From: an uncultured Mycoplasmatota bacterium
Lineage (GTDB): Bacteria; Bacillota_I; Bacilli_A; RF39; UBA660
Length of the DNA stretch: 64,000 nucleotides
Assembly: GCA_947652325.1 (NCBI GenBank)
Contig: CANTCQ010000001.1
Location: 198,725-262,724 of the forward strand
Reading direction: 5' to 3'
The notes beneath the pieces were generated by a model. It made no database searches, was not told the origin of the DNA, and saw only the letters and a list, made by a program, of their open reading frames with translations. Position numbers and translations under genes: made by a program. Of the stretch, positions 10,682 through 20,200 are shown in pieces (within the stretch, counting starts at the first letter, position 1; the number at the start of each line of letters is the position of its first letter).

Positions 10682-10776
10682 ATCATCAGCCTCCTTTCAC
10701 ATGAAAGTTGGCAAGCACTCAACGATTAAATATTCCTAATATAATTATATCAGGTTATTTATTTTATAACAATGTT

Positions 10777-10839
10777 GTTTACTAAATTTTGGCAATTTAG
10801 TAAACACATTTGTACACTGACATAATCATTGAACGTGTG
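10777..10839. repeat. conserved leader motif, copy 3, preceded by a perfect 12-bp inverted repeat
   Basis: GTTTACTAAATT (10777-10788) and AATTTAGTAAAC (10794-10805) are exact reverse complements. The motif continues as ACATTTGTACACTGACATAATCATTGAACGTGTG and runs directly into the RBS of the next gene. Confidence 0.7.
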
Positions 10840-10851
10840 TAGGAGGTACTT

Positions 10852-11544
10852 ATGAGGAAAACAGTAACAACATTATTTATGTTAGAATCATTAGATGGAA
10901 AAATTAATAGTGGTAATAGCGATAATCTTGATGCTGATAAAGATTGGTGTAGAATAACTGGAGTTAAGGAAGGATTACATCAATACTATGAAATTGAAGC
11001 TACTACAGATTTTTATTCATTAAATACTGGTAGAGTTATGGCTAAAATCGGAGTTAATGAAAGAACAGAATATCATAATAAAGTAGATTGCAGATTTATT
11101 ATTATAGATAATAAACCTCATTTAAATGAAAAAGGTATAGATTATATATGTCATTGGGTTGATAGACTTATACTTGTAACAACAAATAAAAATCATGTTG
11201 CATATTCATTGCAAGAAAAATATGATAATCTTGATATCTTATTTTATGATTCTTTAAATCTAAGTACTTTATTATCTGATATGGCAGAAAAATATAATGC
11301 AGAAGCAATTACAATTCAATCTGGTGGAACATTAAATGGAAAATTTTTAAGAGAAAATTTAATTGACTATGTTAATGTAGTTATTGCTCCATTATTGGTA
11401 GGTGGAAAAGATACATCAACTTTAATAGATGGAGAAGCAATAACTTCTTCTGAAGATCTTAATAAGTTAAAGGCTCTACAATTAATTGAGTGCAACCAAT
11501 TAGAAAATTCATATATTCAATTGAAATATAAAGTAATAAAATAA
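10852..11544 (+). CDS. dihydrofolate reductase-family / RibD C-terminal domain protein
   Basis: The N-terminal LFMLESLDGKIN and the C-terminal QSGGTLNGKFLRENLIDYVNVVIAPLLVGG match the RibD_C pattern. The RBS is TAGGAGG. Confidence 0.65.
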   Translation: MRKTVTTLFMLESLDGKINSGNSDNLDADKDWCRITGVKEGLHQYYEIEATTDFYSLNTGRVMAKIGVNERTEYHNKVDCRFIIIDNKPHLNEKGIDYICHWVDRLILVTTNKNHVAYSLQEKYDNLDILFYDSLNLSTLLSDMAEKYNAEAITIQSGGTLNGKFLRENLIDYVNVVIAPLLVGGKDTSTLIDGEAITSSEDLNKLKALQLIECNQLENSYIQLKYKVIK

Positions 11545-11545
11545 A

Positions 11546-11598
11546 AGTTGTTGAACGTCCTCCCTTAGGGCACCATAATGTGATTAACTTGAACCCTC
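11546..11598. repeat. cassette junction repeat (AGTTGTTGAACGTCCTCCCTTAGGGCACCA + TAATGTGATTAACTTGAACC)
   Basis: The right-end consensus starts 2 nt after the stop codon of the preceding gene. Confidence 0.65.
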
Positions 11599-11632
11599 TT
11601 ATTTATTGGGGAATGAGTGATGTTCTAAGTAA

Positions 11633-11661
11633 AAATCTTCACAAATAAGTGAAGATTTTTG
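11633..11661 (+). terminator. rho-independent terminator
   Basis: Hairpin ATCTTCAC..GTGAAGAT followed by TTTTT. Confidence 0.55.
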
Positions 11662-11835
11662 CATTTTATAATGATTTTTTTGTAAAAAGTAGATAGGATA
11701 TAATAATATAAGACATTTTTAAATCAGAAATCAAACTGATTTTATTTGGAAATAAAACATAAACTATTAAGAAATTATTTGATATGTGTTACAATAGAAC
11801 TAACAGATAAATAGTAATTTGGTACTGAGGCATAT

Positions 11836-12147
11836 TTGGGAATGAGAAATAACAAATATAAAACCGAAGAAATATATTATGCTTCTAATCCTGCAACTTT
11901 AGGTTTAAAAGCAAGTATTCGAGGATTATTTTACGATTTTCATTGCGTTATGAATAATGAAATAATACTTTTACATTTACCTAAATATATTCAAGATAAA
12001 AGTTTTGAATTGAGTGAAGAGGAGTATGAGGAATTAGATGAACTAGCTACATTAATGCTAAATGTTGATTCTAATTTTGAAAAATTATTAGAGATATGGA
12101 ATAGTAAAGAAAAATTTAGAATTATGTCTGGTGCACTAAATAGCTAA
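11836..12147 (+). pseudogene. C-terminal fragment of a transglutaminase-like protein, paralog of 60672-60968
   Basis: EEIYYASNPATLGLKASIRGLFYDFHCVMNNEIILLHLPKYIQDK aligns with DIYYASNPLKYGLEAAIHGLFYDFHSIMNNEIIFLHLPKYIVDK at 60696 onward. The catalytic N-terminal domain is absent. Confidence 0.6.
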
Positions 12148-12222
12148 ATCGTTTTGTTAAAATCACAAAAATAGTGTTATACTATAGTTAATTAATTTAT
12201 GCTAACTATTTTTTGCCTAAGG

Positions 12223-12255
12223 AGTTTGTTGTACGTTCTAATGAATGGTACAATG
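12223..12255. repeat. degenerate cassette right-end repeat (AGTTTGTTGTACGTTCTAATGAATGGTACAATGG)
   Basis: It shares TTTGCCTA.G.AGTT.GTTGTAC with 7164-7185. The GGGCACCA terminus has decayed. Confidence 0.45.
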
Positions 12256-12465
12256 GAAAATTTGGTTTTGATATATAAAATCAATGAAAAGATTGATTTT
12301 TTTATTTTTGGAAAGAAATTATAGAAAGGGTTGGTGTCTATGATTAATGTAATTCTTCTAGGCTGAGGGATTGAACTACTACAAGATAAAGGCAATTTAT
12401 TTTAGTATAAATAAATAGTAAATAATTCAAATATATTATATAATAGTATATAGAAAGTGATAATT

Positions 12466-13293
12466 ATGAAAGATAAAATTAATATAACATCCGATGCAAT
12501 CACATCAGTTTCTGATACTTGTGAAACACAAATAATTTTACAAAGACATTGTGATTTTAATAGATTAAATGGTAATTTATTAGATTCATCAATTAGGAAA
12601 CAAAAAAAAATAGTATTAGAGGTTTTAAAAAATCTGGAAACATATACTTTAAATAATATTTATTTTCTCTTTGTTGCTAGTAATACAATCAATCCAAATA
12701 GCGAAAATAAAAGATGCGTTGATACTATTAATATAGCAATGTATTTAGTACAAAAATTTTTAGAGTCTAAAGGTATTAGTAAAAATCATGTCATCAATTT
12801 GGATGAAAAATTAAATTATGATATGAAAATTAAACAAACAAATAAGTTTTCTGAACCTAATATGTTTACAGATAAAAAGGGGTACTTAGAATTTTTAAAA
12901 GAAAAAAACCATGGTATAAATCAGCAGTTTTGGAGAGATTTTGAAGAAGATGTATATAAATTTGAAAGAGAAGAATTAAATGCTGAAGGTCCAGATGAAA
13001 TAGTAACAAGAGGAGTTTATTATATAAAAGTACTTCAAAGATTTTCTAGTTATTTTCATATAAAAAATCCAAATAGCAAATTAATTGTTTGGTGTGGAAC
13101 ACACTATGATTTAATAAGTCCACTTGTTAAACAAACAATTTTTGACTATGAAAAAAGTGACACTATAAATGTAGATTATTGTGGAGGCATTTCGTTGGAA
13201 ATTGATAAATCAAATAATTTAATTGCAAACGTTAATGGTCGTTTTTTTCCTGTAGATTTTGAAGATATAAAACAGCCTCATCGACGCTTGTAA
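12466..13293 (+). CDS. hypothetical protein, possibly histidine-phosphatase-like
   Basis: LQRHCD near the N-terminus and WCGTHYDLISPL later loosely fit the RHG...H pattern. This is a weak call. Confidence 0.35.
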   Translation: MKDKINITSDAITSVSDTCETQIILQRHCDFNRLNGNLLDSSIRKQKKIVLEVLKNLETYTLNNIYFLFVASNTINPNSENKRCVDTINIAMYLVQKFLESKGISKNHVINLDEKLNYDMKIKQTNKFSEPNMFTDKKGYLEFLKEKNHGINQQFWRDFEEDVYKFEREELNAEGPDEIVTRGVYYIKVLQRFSSYFHIKNPNSKLIVWCGTHYDLISPLVKQTIFDYEKSDTINVDYCGGISLEIDKSNNLIANVNGRFFPVDFEDIKQPHRRL

Positions 13294-13807
13294 AAATTGG
13301 GACTCCATTTTCTTTAAATCTAGAAAAATATTTTCTATTTCTTTTAATTTTTTCAATATCATCGCTTTTTATTCCTCCATCATAATTATGTTCTTCTCGA
13401 TATTTTATATATTTAAAATGGGTATCAAAATCTGGGATAACGATTGCATCAGGGACAATATTTACGGAACTAGCTCCAATAATCCAAAAACCTAGCTTTT
13501 TTGCTTGTTCTGTTATTACATCTGCTCTTCTTTCTATTGTGTCTATTTCTTCACCACTTAAGTTCCACCAATCGCCTTTAGGAAAAGCGTTGCAAGCTGC
13601 CCATAAAACATCGCCATCAATCCAATTATTCTTTTGTTGATGTTTAATATAATAGGTTTTGCCAACACCACTAGGGCCATAAATAAAAAGTCCTTTTTTG
13701 TGAGTAATGTATTTTTGTTTTAATTTATTATACACACTGGAACCGTCAGTAAAAACAATGGGAGTATTTTGGTCTAATAGTTCATTATCTAAAAAATAAT
13801 TTTCCAT
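13232..13807 (-). CDS. P-loop NTPase/kinase-like protein
   Basis: The Walker A motif is YGPSGVGKTY. The gene converges on 12466-13293 and overlaps it by 62 nt. Confidence 0.55.
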   Translation of the reverse strand: MENYFLDNELLDQNTPIVFTDGSSVYNKLKQKYITHKKGLFIYGPSGVGKTYYIKHQQKNNWIDGDVLWAACNAFPKGDWWNLSGEEIDTIERRADVITEQAKKLGFWIIGASSVNIVPDAIVIPDFDTHFKYIKYREEHNYDGGIKSDDIEKIKRNRKYFSRFKENGVPIFTSVDEAVLYLQNLQEKNDH

Positions 13808-14091
13808 ATTATTTTATCCTTTCATAATTTAATTATATCATTTTACAAAAAGAAAGTATATTTATAATTAGAAATGTACATAGTATCTTAAAAAAATGAA
13901 GTGTATGAAATATTTTAATAATAAATTTAGATTATTTTTTATAAAGTTTTTATGAAAAAAATTTTAAAATAAATATTGATAATCAAATACAGTTAAGATA
14001 AATGATAGTATAAATTTTTTGGTTTAAGTTAAAAAATAAATATTGTATAAATTTTATCATTTTTTGCAACCTATTAAAAGGTGATGTTATT

Positions 14092-15531
14092 TTGAGTTTA
14101 TGGAAAGAATATAAAAGTGCATGTTCTTTTCCGAAGTTAAAAGAAGATATACAAGTGGATACATTAATTATTGGCGGTGGAATAACAGGAATGACTACTT
14201 TATATTATTTAAAAGATAATATTTCTGCTTGTCTTGTTGATGCTAATCATATCGGAGAAGGAGTAACTGCAAATACTATCGGAAAATTAACATATTTGCA
14301 AGGTGCTATTTATTCAAAATTATCTAAAAATATTAATCCTCTTGTTGCGGATTCCTATTTAAAATCTCAAAAAGATGCAATAAGTTTTGCAAAAGAGATT
14401 ATTGAAAAAAACAATATTTCTTGTCATTTAGAAAAAGTAAAGTCTTATTCGTTAGCGATAAAAGAAAAAGATGTAAAAGCATTAAAAGAAGAGAAAAATT
14501 TTTTAGAAAAACAAAATATAAAAGTAGAAGAAAATACGCTTTGTTCACAAAATTATAAGTATGCTATAGGAGTGGAAGATACCTATGTTTTTAATCCGAT
14601 GGAATACATAAATGGATTAAAAGAAATTTTAAAAGAGAAACAAATTTACGAGCAAACAAAAATTACAAAAATAGAATTAAATCATAATCAATATATTTGT
14701 TATACCAAAAATGCAAATATTACTTGTAAAAATGTAATTGTGGCTTGCCATTATCCTTTTTTTACAATTCCTTTTTTTCTTCCATTAAAATCTCATATTG
14801 AAAAATCTTACATTATTGCTTGTAAATACGATAAAAATGAGAAGTATTCTTGTATTACCGTTTCCAATCCAGGTTTTTCTGTTCGATTTTATGAAGATGG
14901 AAAAAACATTTATAAAATTTGTTTAGGTAAAAGTCATGTAACTGCAATTAATCAAGATGATAAAAAAAACTTTCAGAAAGTAAAACAATTATTTTCTATT
15001 AAAGAAGCAGATATCGTAAAAGAATGGAGCAATATCGATATTATTACTGATGATTTTTTGCCTTATATCGGTCTTATGAAAAAGAACTTTTATATGGCAA
15101 CTGGGTTTAATACTTGGGGCATGACCAATGGAATTTTAGCCGGTAAAATAATATCAGAACTTTTATTATGTGGAAAAAGTAACTATCAAGATTTGTTTTC
15201 TCTACATAGAATAAACAAATACAAAATAAAAAGTTTTTTTGCCAATACAGCTATTAGTATGAAAGCGATGCTAGGAAGTAAATTAACACATAAAAAATGG
15301 TATCCTTCTTCTTTAAAATTTATTCATGAAAATGGAAAATCAGTTGCTATTTATACAGACAAAGACAAGAAAGAACATAAAGTTTTTACGACCTGTCCTC
15401 ATTTAGGGTGTAGCCTTATTTTTAATGAAAATGAACTTACTTGGGATTGCCCTTGCCATAGTTCACGGTTTGATTTAGACGGAAAATGTATTAAAGGGCC
15501 AAGTTTATATGATATTTCTTGTAAAAAATGA
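14092..15531 (+). CDS. FAD-dependent oxidoreductase with C-terminal Rieske 2Fe-2S domain (YhfW-like)
   Basis: The dinucleotide fold is DTLIIGGGITGMT. The Rieske motif is CPHLGC..(17)..CPCHSS. A TTG start follows the AAGGTGA RBS. Confidence 0.8.
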   Translation: MSLWKEYKSACSFPKLKEDIQVDTLIIGGGITGMTTLYYLKDNISACLVDANHIGEGVTANTIGKLTYLQGAIYSKLSKNINPLVADSYLKSQKDAISFAKEIIEKNNISCHLEKVKSYSLAIKEKDVKALKEEKNFLEKQNIKVEENTLCSQNYKYAIGVEDTYVFNPMEYINGLKEILKEKQIYEQTKITKIELNHNQYICYTKNANITCKNVIVACHYPFFTIPFFLPLKSHIEKSYIIACKYDKNEKYSCITVSNPGFSVRFYEDGKNIYKICLGKSHVTAINQDDKKNFQKVKQLFSIKEADIVKEWSNIDIITDDFLPYIGLMKKNFYMATGFNTWGMTNGILAGKIISELLLCGKSNYQDLFSLHRINKYKIKSFFANTAISMKAMLGSKLTHKKWYPSSLKFIHENGKSVAIYTDKDKKEHKVFTTCPHLGCSLIFNENELTWDCPCHSSRFDLDGKCIKGPSLYDISCKK

Positions 15532-15555
15532 TATGATATTTTTAAGGTGATGTTT

Positions 15556-16131
15556 ATGTTTGATTATGAAAAGTTATATAAAGAAATGTATCAATATACT
15601 TTAATGATTTTGCAACTATTCAATAAGCAATATGGTTTTTATTTTTCTTTAAAAATGCAAAATAAAATGGCTAATTTATTAAATGGTGATAATGTTTCTT
15701 CTCTTTATATAGAAGAATTTCATTCCATTTGTTCTAGACATTTCTCTTTTTTTAAAGATGAAAAAAGAGAAATACAAAGTAAATTAGGAAAAGATTTAAT
15801 ACAATATTTTATAGATTTATCAATACAAAGAAATGATAATTTAGAAAATCAAACGATTTCCGATGTTTTGAAAAAAGGTTTTTCTTCTTGGATAGCTTTT
15901 GAATTTTCAAAACAAAATCAGCTTCATTGGCAAATTCCAGAAGATAAAGACTCTTTTATTCACTATTTGAAAAAGAAGTTCTTGGCTTTTGATAGTTTGC
16001 TTCTTTCAATTTTTGCTAATGATTATTTGAAATTTACAGAAATTTTTTTTGAACAAACAGGTGAAAATTTAGAAGAGGTTTATAGAGATTATCTTTTAAA
16101 TCAATCAGAAGAAGTTAATCTTGCTTTTTAA
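15556..16131 (+). CDS. hypothetical protein
   Basis: ORF with an AAGGTGA RBS. No recognised motif. Confidence 0.45.
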   Translation: MFDYEKLYKEMYQYTLMILQLFNKQYGFYFSLKMQNKMANLLNGDNVSSLYIEEFHSICSRHFSFFKDEKREIQSKLGKDLIQYFIDLSIQRNDNLENQTISDVLKKGFSSWIAFEFSKQNQLHWQIPEDKDSFIHYLKKKFLAFDSLLLSIFANDYLKFTEIFFEQTGENLEEVYRDYLLNQSEEVNLAF

Positions 16132-17266
16132 TTCGTTTTAATTTTTGAAGACTATCATTTAATAATGGATATTCTTTTTTTATACAAGAAATGCCATTTT
16201 CTATTAAAATTTTTTGAATATCTTTTTTTTGATTTTCTCTAACTTGTAAAAAGGTTTGAAAAGCAGTTGTAGGATTTTCTTTATATAGTTTTATTAAATC
16301 TAAACTAGTTAAAAATGAAATAATGTATTTTGCTTCTTTTTTAATATTTACATTTGTATACATGTCTATTGAAGATATAGAAATAAAATCACTTAATCCA
16401 TGTTCTATACTTTTTTCAATCATGAATTCTATGGATATTTGATTTATCTTTTTATATGAAAGAATTTTTAAATAATTTATATAAAATAAACGAAAACTTT
16501 GTATGATAGCTAAAATCTGTAAGTATTCTAATGTTTGTATTTCTTGCTTCGTAATCACTTTTCTTTCTTTTAAAAATTCTAAAGATAAAAAATCAAAATA
16601 GCTTCCTTCTAATTCTAATAAAAAATAATGGTCTGTATTATAAGAATTGTTGTTTTCAAAAATGTAAAAAATACTATGGGCTATTTCATGGTTTAGTGTT
16701 AAAAAGTCTTTACTATTCCTTTCTTTATTAATCTGAATAAAGGGAAGATATTGTGGATAATAAAAAAATATTGTCTCCCCTAGTAATGATTCTGTAGAAT
16801 TCATCTTTTTAAATCTTAATAGGTGATGATTAGGGTTTGTATAATGAAGAAATAGTTGTTCATAATTGCCATTGTAAAGCCATTTATAAAAATCGTGTGA
16901 TAAATTTACAATTTCTTCATTGTTTTGTTTTTTCTTTGGTAAAGCATAATTATATGAGGTCTCTTTAAAATCTTGAAAAAGAGGTAAAGATTTTCCTATT
17001 ATTTCGCGAATAAATTTAGGAGTTTCAAAATAACTATTTAGTGTTTCTTGTGATAGAAGTTTATCTTTATCCACATATTTTTCTTTCGGGAAAGTAGGAA
17101 GAGAAAGGAATGAAGGATTTAATTCTTCTTCCATTTGTTTTAATTTTTCAATTTGTTCTGTAATGCCATTCTTTTCTTCTAAAGTAAGACCACTCGTTTT
17201 TCTTAATAATTCTATATGTTTTCGTTTTAAATTTCTTATTTTTTGAATGTCCCAATTGTAATCCAT
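16115..17266 (-). CDS. putative zinc metallopeptidase (HEXXH, M3-like)
   Basis: The only recognisable feature is the HEIAH motif in LTLNHEIAHSIF. Confidence 0.45.
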   Translation of the reverse strand: MDYNWDIQKIRNLKRKHIELLRKTSGLTLEEKNGITEQIEKLKQMEEELNPSFLSLPTFPKEKYVDKDKLLSQETLNSYFETPKFIREIIGKSLPLFQDFKETSYNYALPKKKQNNEEIVNLSHDFYKWLYNGNYEQLFLHYTNPNHHLLRFKKMNSTESLLGETIFFYYPQYLPFIQINKERNSKDFLTLNHEIAHSIFYIFENNNSYNTDHYFLLELEGSYFDFLSLEFLKERKVITKQEIQTLEYLQILAIIQSFRLFYINYLKILSYKKINQISIEFMIEKSIEHGLSDFISISSIDMYTNVNIKKEAKYIISFLTSLDLIKLYKENPTTAFQTFLQVRENQKKDIQKILIENGISCIKKEYPLLNDSLQKLKRIKKQD

Positions 17267-17358
17267 TTTTTACATCCTTTTTCTAATAGTTGCTATTTTA
17301 ATATTTCTTCTTTTAAAAAGCAATGTTTTTTAGTATAATTTCTGTAATGGTGATACAT

Positions 17359-18222
17359 ATGAATGTAAGTAAATCTTGGAAAGATTATGAGTGTTTGGAT
17401 GCAGGTGGAGGAGAAAAATTAGAGCGATTTGGCACTTTTTTCTTTAGAAGACCTGACCCACAAGCTATATGGAAAGTAACAGATTATGCTCTTTGGAGGA
17501 AGGTGGATGGTTTTTACCATAGAAGTAGCGAAGGTGGTGGACTTTGGGAATTCAAAACAAAACTCCCCGAGTTTTGGACTTTACAGTATAAGCATTTGAC
17601 ATTTAAAGTCAGTCCCACAAATTTTAAACATACAGGTATTTTTCCTGAACAAGCAGTAAACTGGGATTTTATGATGGACAAAATAAAGAAAGCCAATCGA
17701 GAGATTAAAGTTTTAAATTTATTTGCTTATACAGGATGTGCAACAATGGCTGTTTCTTCTGTGGGAGCTAAAGTTGTGCAAGTCGATGCTTCAAAGGGAA
17801 TGAGTGAATGGGCTAAAGAAAATATGCACCTGTCGCATTTGGAAAAAAATGAAATTCATTTTATTGTCGATGATTGTGTAAAGTTTGTTGAGCGAGAAAT
17901 AAGGCGTGGCAATAAATATGATGCTATTGTTATGGACCCTCCTAGTTATGGAAGAGGACCGAATAAAGAAGTTTGGAAATTTGAAAAAAATATTTATTAT
18001 TTAATTGATTTGTGTATGCAAGTTTTGTCAAATAGGCCTTTATTCTTTTTAATTAATTCTTATACAACGGGTATTTCAAGTACTGTTCTTTTAAACATTT
18101 TAAAAACAACAATGTTAAAAAAGTATCCACATGGTCAAGTATCTGCTGGAGAAGTAGGACTACCTATAACAAGAGATAATCTGATTTTGCCTTGTGGAAT
18201 TTATGGTCGTTGGGAAGAATGA
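17359..18222 (+). CDS. class I SAM-dependent (rRNA-type) methyltransferase
   Basis: The SAM-binding motif is VLNLFAYTGCATMA and a DAIVMDPPSYGRG motif is present. The ATG at 17359 follows a GGTGA RBS. Confidence 0.75.
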   Translation: MNVSKSWKDYECLDAGGGEKLERFGTFFFRRPDPQAIWKVTDYALWRKVDGFYHRSSEGGGLWEFKTKLPEFWTLQYKHLTFKVSPTNFKHTGIFPEQAVNWDFMMDKIKKANREIKVLNLFAYTGCATMAVSSVGAKVVQVDASKGMSEWAKENMHLSHLEKNEIHFIVDDCVKFVEREIRRGNKYDAIVMDPPSYGRGPNKEVWKFEKNIYYLIDLCMQVLSNRPLFFLINSYTTGISSTVLLNILKTTMLKKYPHGQVSAGEVGLPITRDNLILPCGIYGRWEE

Positions 18223-18869
18223 TAAATATTTTATTTGAAGATAATCATTTACTTGTTGTGGAAAAGCCCGTTAATGTTTTAGTACAAGCAGATAATACAG
18301 GTGATAAAGATTTACTTTCTATGTTAAAAGAGTATCTAAAAGAAAAATACCAGAAACCAGGGAATGTGTATTTAGGACTTGTTCATCGATTGGACCGTGT
18401 AGTAGGGGGAGTGATGGTATTTGCCAAAACTTCGAAAGCCGCGGCAAGACTTACAAAACAAGTGCAAAATCACGAAATGAAAAAAGTCTATTATGCCGTC
18501 GTATATGGAATGTTAGAGGAAGGAGGAAGGCTCGAAAATTATTTGTTAAAGGATGAAAAAAGCAACACTTCTTTTGTAGATAAAAGAGGAAAGCTTTCTA
18601 TTTTAAATTACGAAGTAATTGCTACGAAAGAAAGTTTTACTTTAGTAAAAATCTATTTAAAAACAGGTAGACACCATCAAATACGTGTGCAATTTAGTTA
18701 TTTTGGGTATCCTTTGTTTGGCGATGCTAGGTATAATAAAAATTATAAAAAAGGAGAGCAGATTGCTTTGTTTGCTAAAGAACTTTCTTTTTTTCATCCT
18801 ATTACAAAAGACTATGTAACCTTTTCATTAGATTTACCTCCATGTTATCCTTATACATTATTTAAATAA
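18219..18869 (+). CDS. RluA-family pseudouridine synthase
   Basis: Catalytic HRLDRVVGGVMVFAKT and TGRHHQIRVQ motifs are present. The start forms an ATGA overlap with the upstream stop. Confidence 0.85.
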   Translation: MINILFEDNHLLVVEKPVNVLVQADNTGDKDLLSMLKEYLKEKYQKPGNVYLGLVHRLDRVVGGVMVFAKTSKAAARLTKQVQNHEMKKVYYAVVYGMLEEGGRLENYLLKDEKSNTSFVDKRGKLSILNYEVIATKESFTLVKIYLKTGRHHQIRVQFSYFGYPLFGDARYNKNYKKGEQIALFAKELSFFHPITKDYVTFSLDLPPCYPYTLFK

Positions 18870-18938
18870 AGAAAAAGTATTATTTGTAAAAAATGTACTT
18901 TTTTTTCTTTTCATTCATATATTTTTTTAGGTGATACA

Positions 18939-19436
18939 ATGCGATATTTTGTGGATATGCCTTATCCAGAAATCAAGGTAGAAAAAAAAGATGTAGAACT
19001 GGCGAAAGAAATTTTAAATTTGTATGCAGGCGAAGTTAGTGAAGATACGGCAACACACAATTATTCTTTTCAAATGATGATGATGCACGATGATAAAGAA
19101 AAGAAAGAAATTTTAAAAGGCATTGCCATAACAGAAATGCATCATTTGGAAATACTAGGTCTTTTGATTAAAGAACTTGGGCTTACTCCTTTTTTTGTTG
19201 GAGTAAGTAATGGCTCTACAAAATGGTTTAGCGGAGAATATGTGACCTATGAAAAAGAGTGGAAAAAAATGCTTCTTTCTAATATTGGACTTGAAGAACT
19301 GGCGATAAGAAATTATGAAAGAGTGATTGAAAAAACAAGTGATGAATGTGTAAAGCATATTTTAAGACGTATTATTTTGGATGAAAGGTTACATATCGAA
19401 ATATTTTCAAAACTTTATGGGCAGGCAAAATCGTGA
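18939..19436 (+). CDS. ferritin-like / manganese-catalase-family (CotJC-like) protein
   Basis: GEVSEDTATHNY and ITEMHHLEILG resemble the di-metal helices of CotJC/Mn-catalase. Confidence 0.5.
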   Translation: MRYFVDMPYPEIKVEKKDVELAKEILNLYAGEVSEDTATHNYSFQMMMMHDDKEKKEILKGIAITEMHHLEILGLLIKELGLTPFFVGVSNGSTKWFSGEYVTYEKEWKKMLLSNIGLEELAIRNYERVIEKTSDECVKHILRRIILDERLHIEIFSKLYGQAKS

Positions 19437-20143
19437 TATGTTACAATATATTTGTGATGTATAGTGAGTAAATTATCAAATGAATTATGAATACTACAAT
19501 ATTTAAGTACTCATAGGAAATATTCTTTACAAGAACTTACTGTAAAGTTAAAAGTTATAAAACGTATGATAAGAACTTATAGGGAATATTGAAAAATCAG
19601 GTATTTTTATCGATGCTATACATGGGCCCTATGGTGGATAATCTTACGTAATAATGCTTTTTTCCAAGTCCTGTTTTTACTTCTTCTGATTGTGAATTAT
19701 TAGAAAAACTAAATGCTTCAAATACAAAAGGACTTACAGATTTGATTTTCAAAATGAAATATTTTATTTCTTTATTTAACGAAGAGTGGCATACAGATAC
19801 TTCCATTTATATAATAGTAAGTCGAGCGATAAAAGAAAAAAGAAAAGCAATTTACTTAATTATATGGAAGATTTAGAACATGTCTTTCTTGTTCGTTTAC
19901 ATTTAATGTATAACCATATTTTAATTTTACAAAGTAACTTTACAGATAGTGGACCTGTTGATTGTGACTTATGGGGCCAAAGTTATTTTATTTGCTGTTA
20001 TTTTGAATTTATATATAGGGCATAATTGTGTGGTAAATGCATCTTTTTTTGAAGCATGTTTCAAAATGTTTATGTGTTAAACCATTAGGAAGCAATTGAC
20101 ATATATTAGAGTTACAAAAGTAGCTCTTTTTTACGCATTTTAC

Positions 20144-20174
20144 TTGACAGCGTGGGGGGGGGGTAAGTTATAAT
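20144..20174 (+). promoter_or_regulatory. promoter with a G10 tract in the spacer (TTGACA-19 nt-TATAAT)
   Basis: The -35 TTGACA is at 20144-20149, the G10 tract at 20154-20163 and the -10 TATAAT at 20169-20174, 27 nt upstream of the ATG at 20201. Confidence 0.7.
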
Positions 20175-20200
20175 ATTTCTGATTTAAGAGGGACTCTGTT

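Noticed and set aside
12192-12395. 67-aa minus-strand ORF.
   Set aside because: It spans the degenerate cassette right end and a terminator hairpin and has no RBS. The region is better explained as junction DNA.
19597-20025. ORFs 19597-19806 (minus strand) and 19786-20025 (plus strand) in the interval upstream of the G10 promoter.
   Set aside because: They have no RBS, odd composition and overlap each other. The interval looks like decayed or non-coding DNA.
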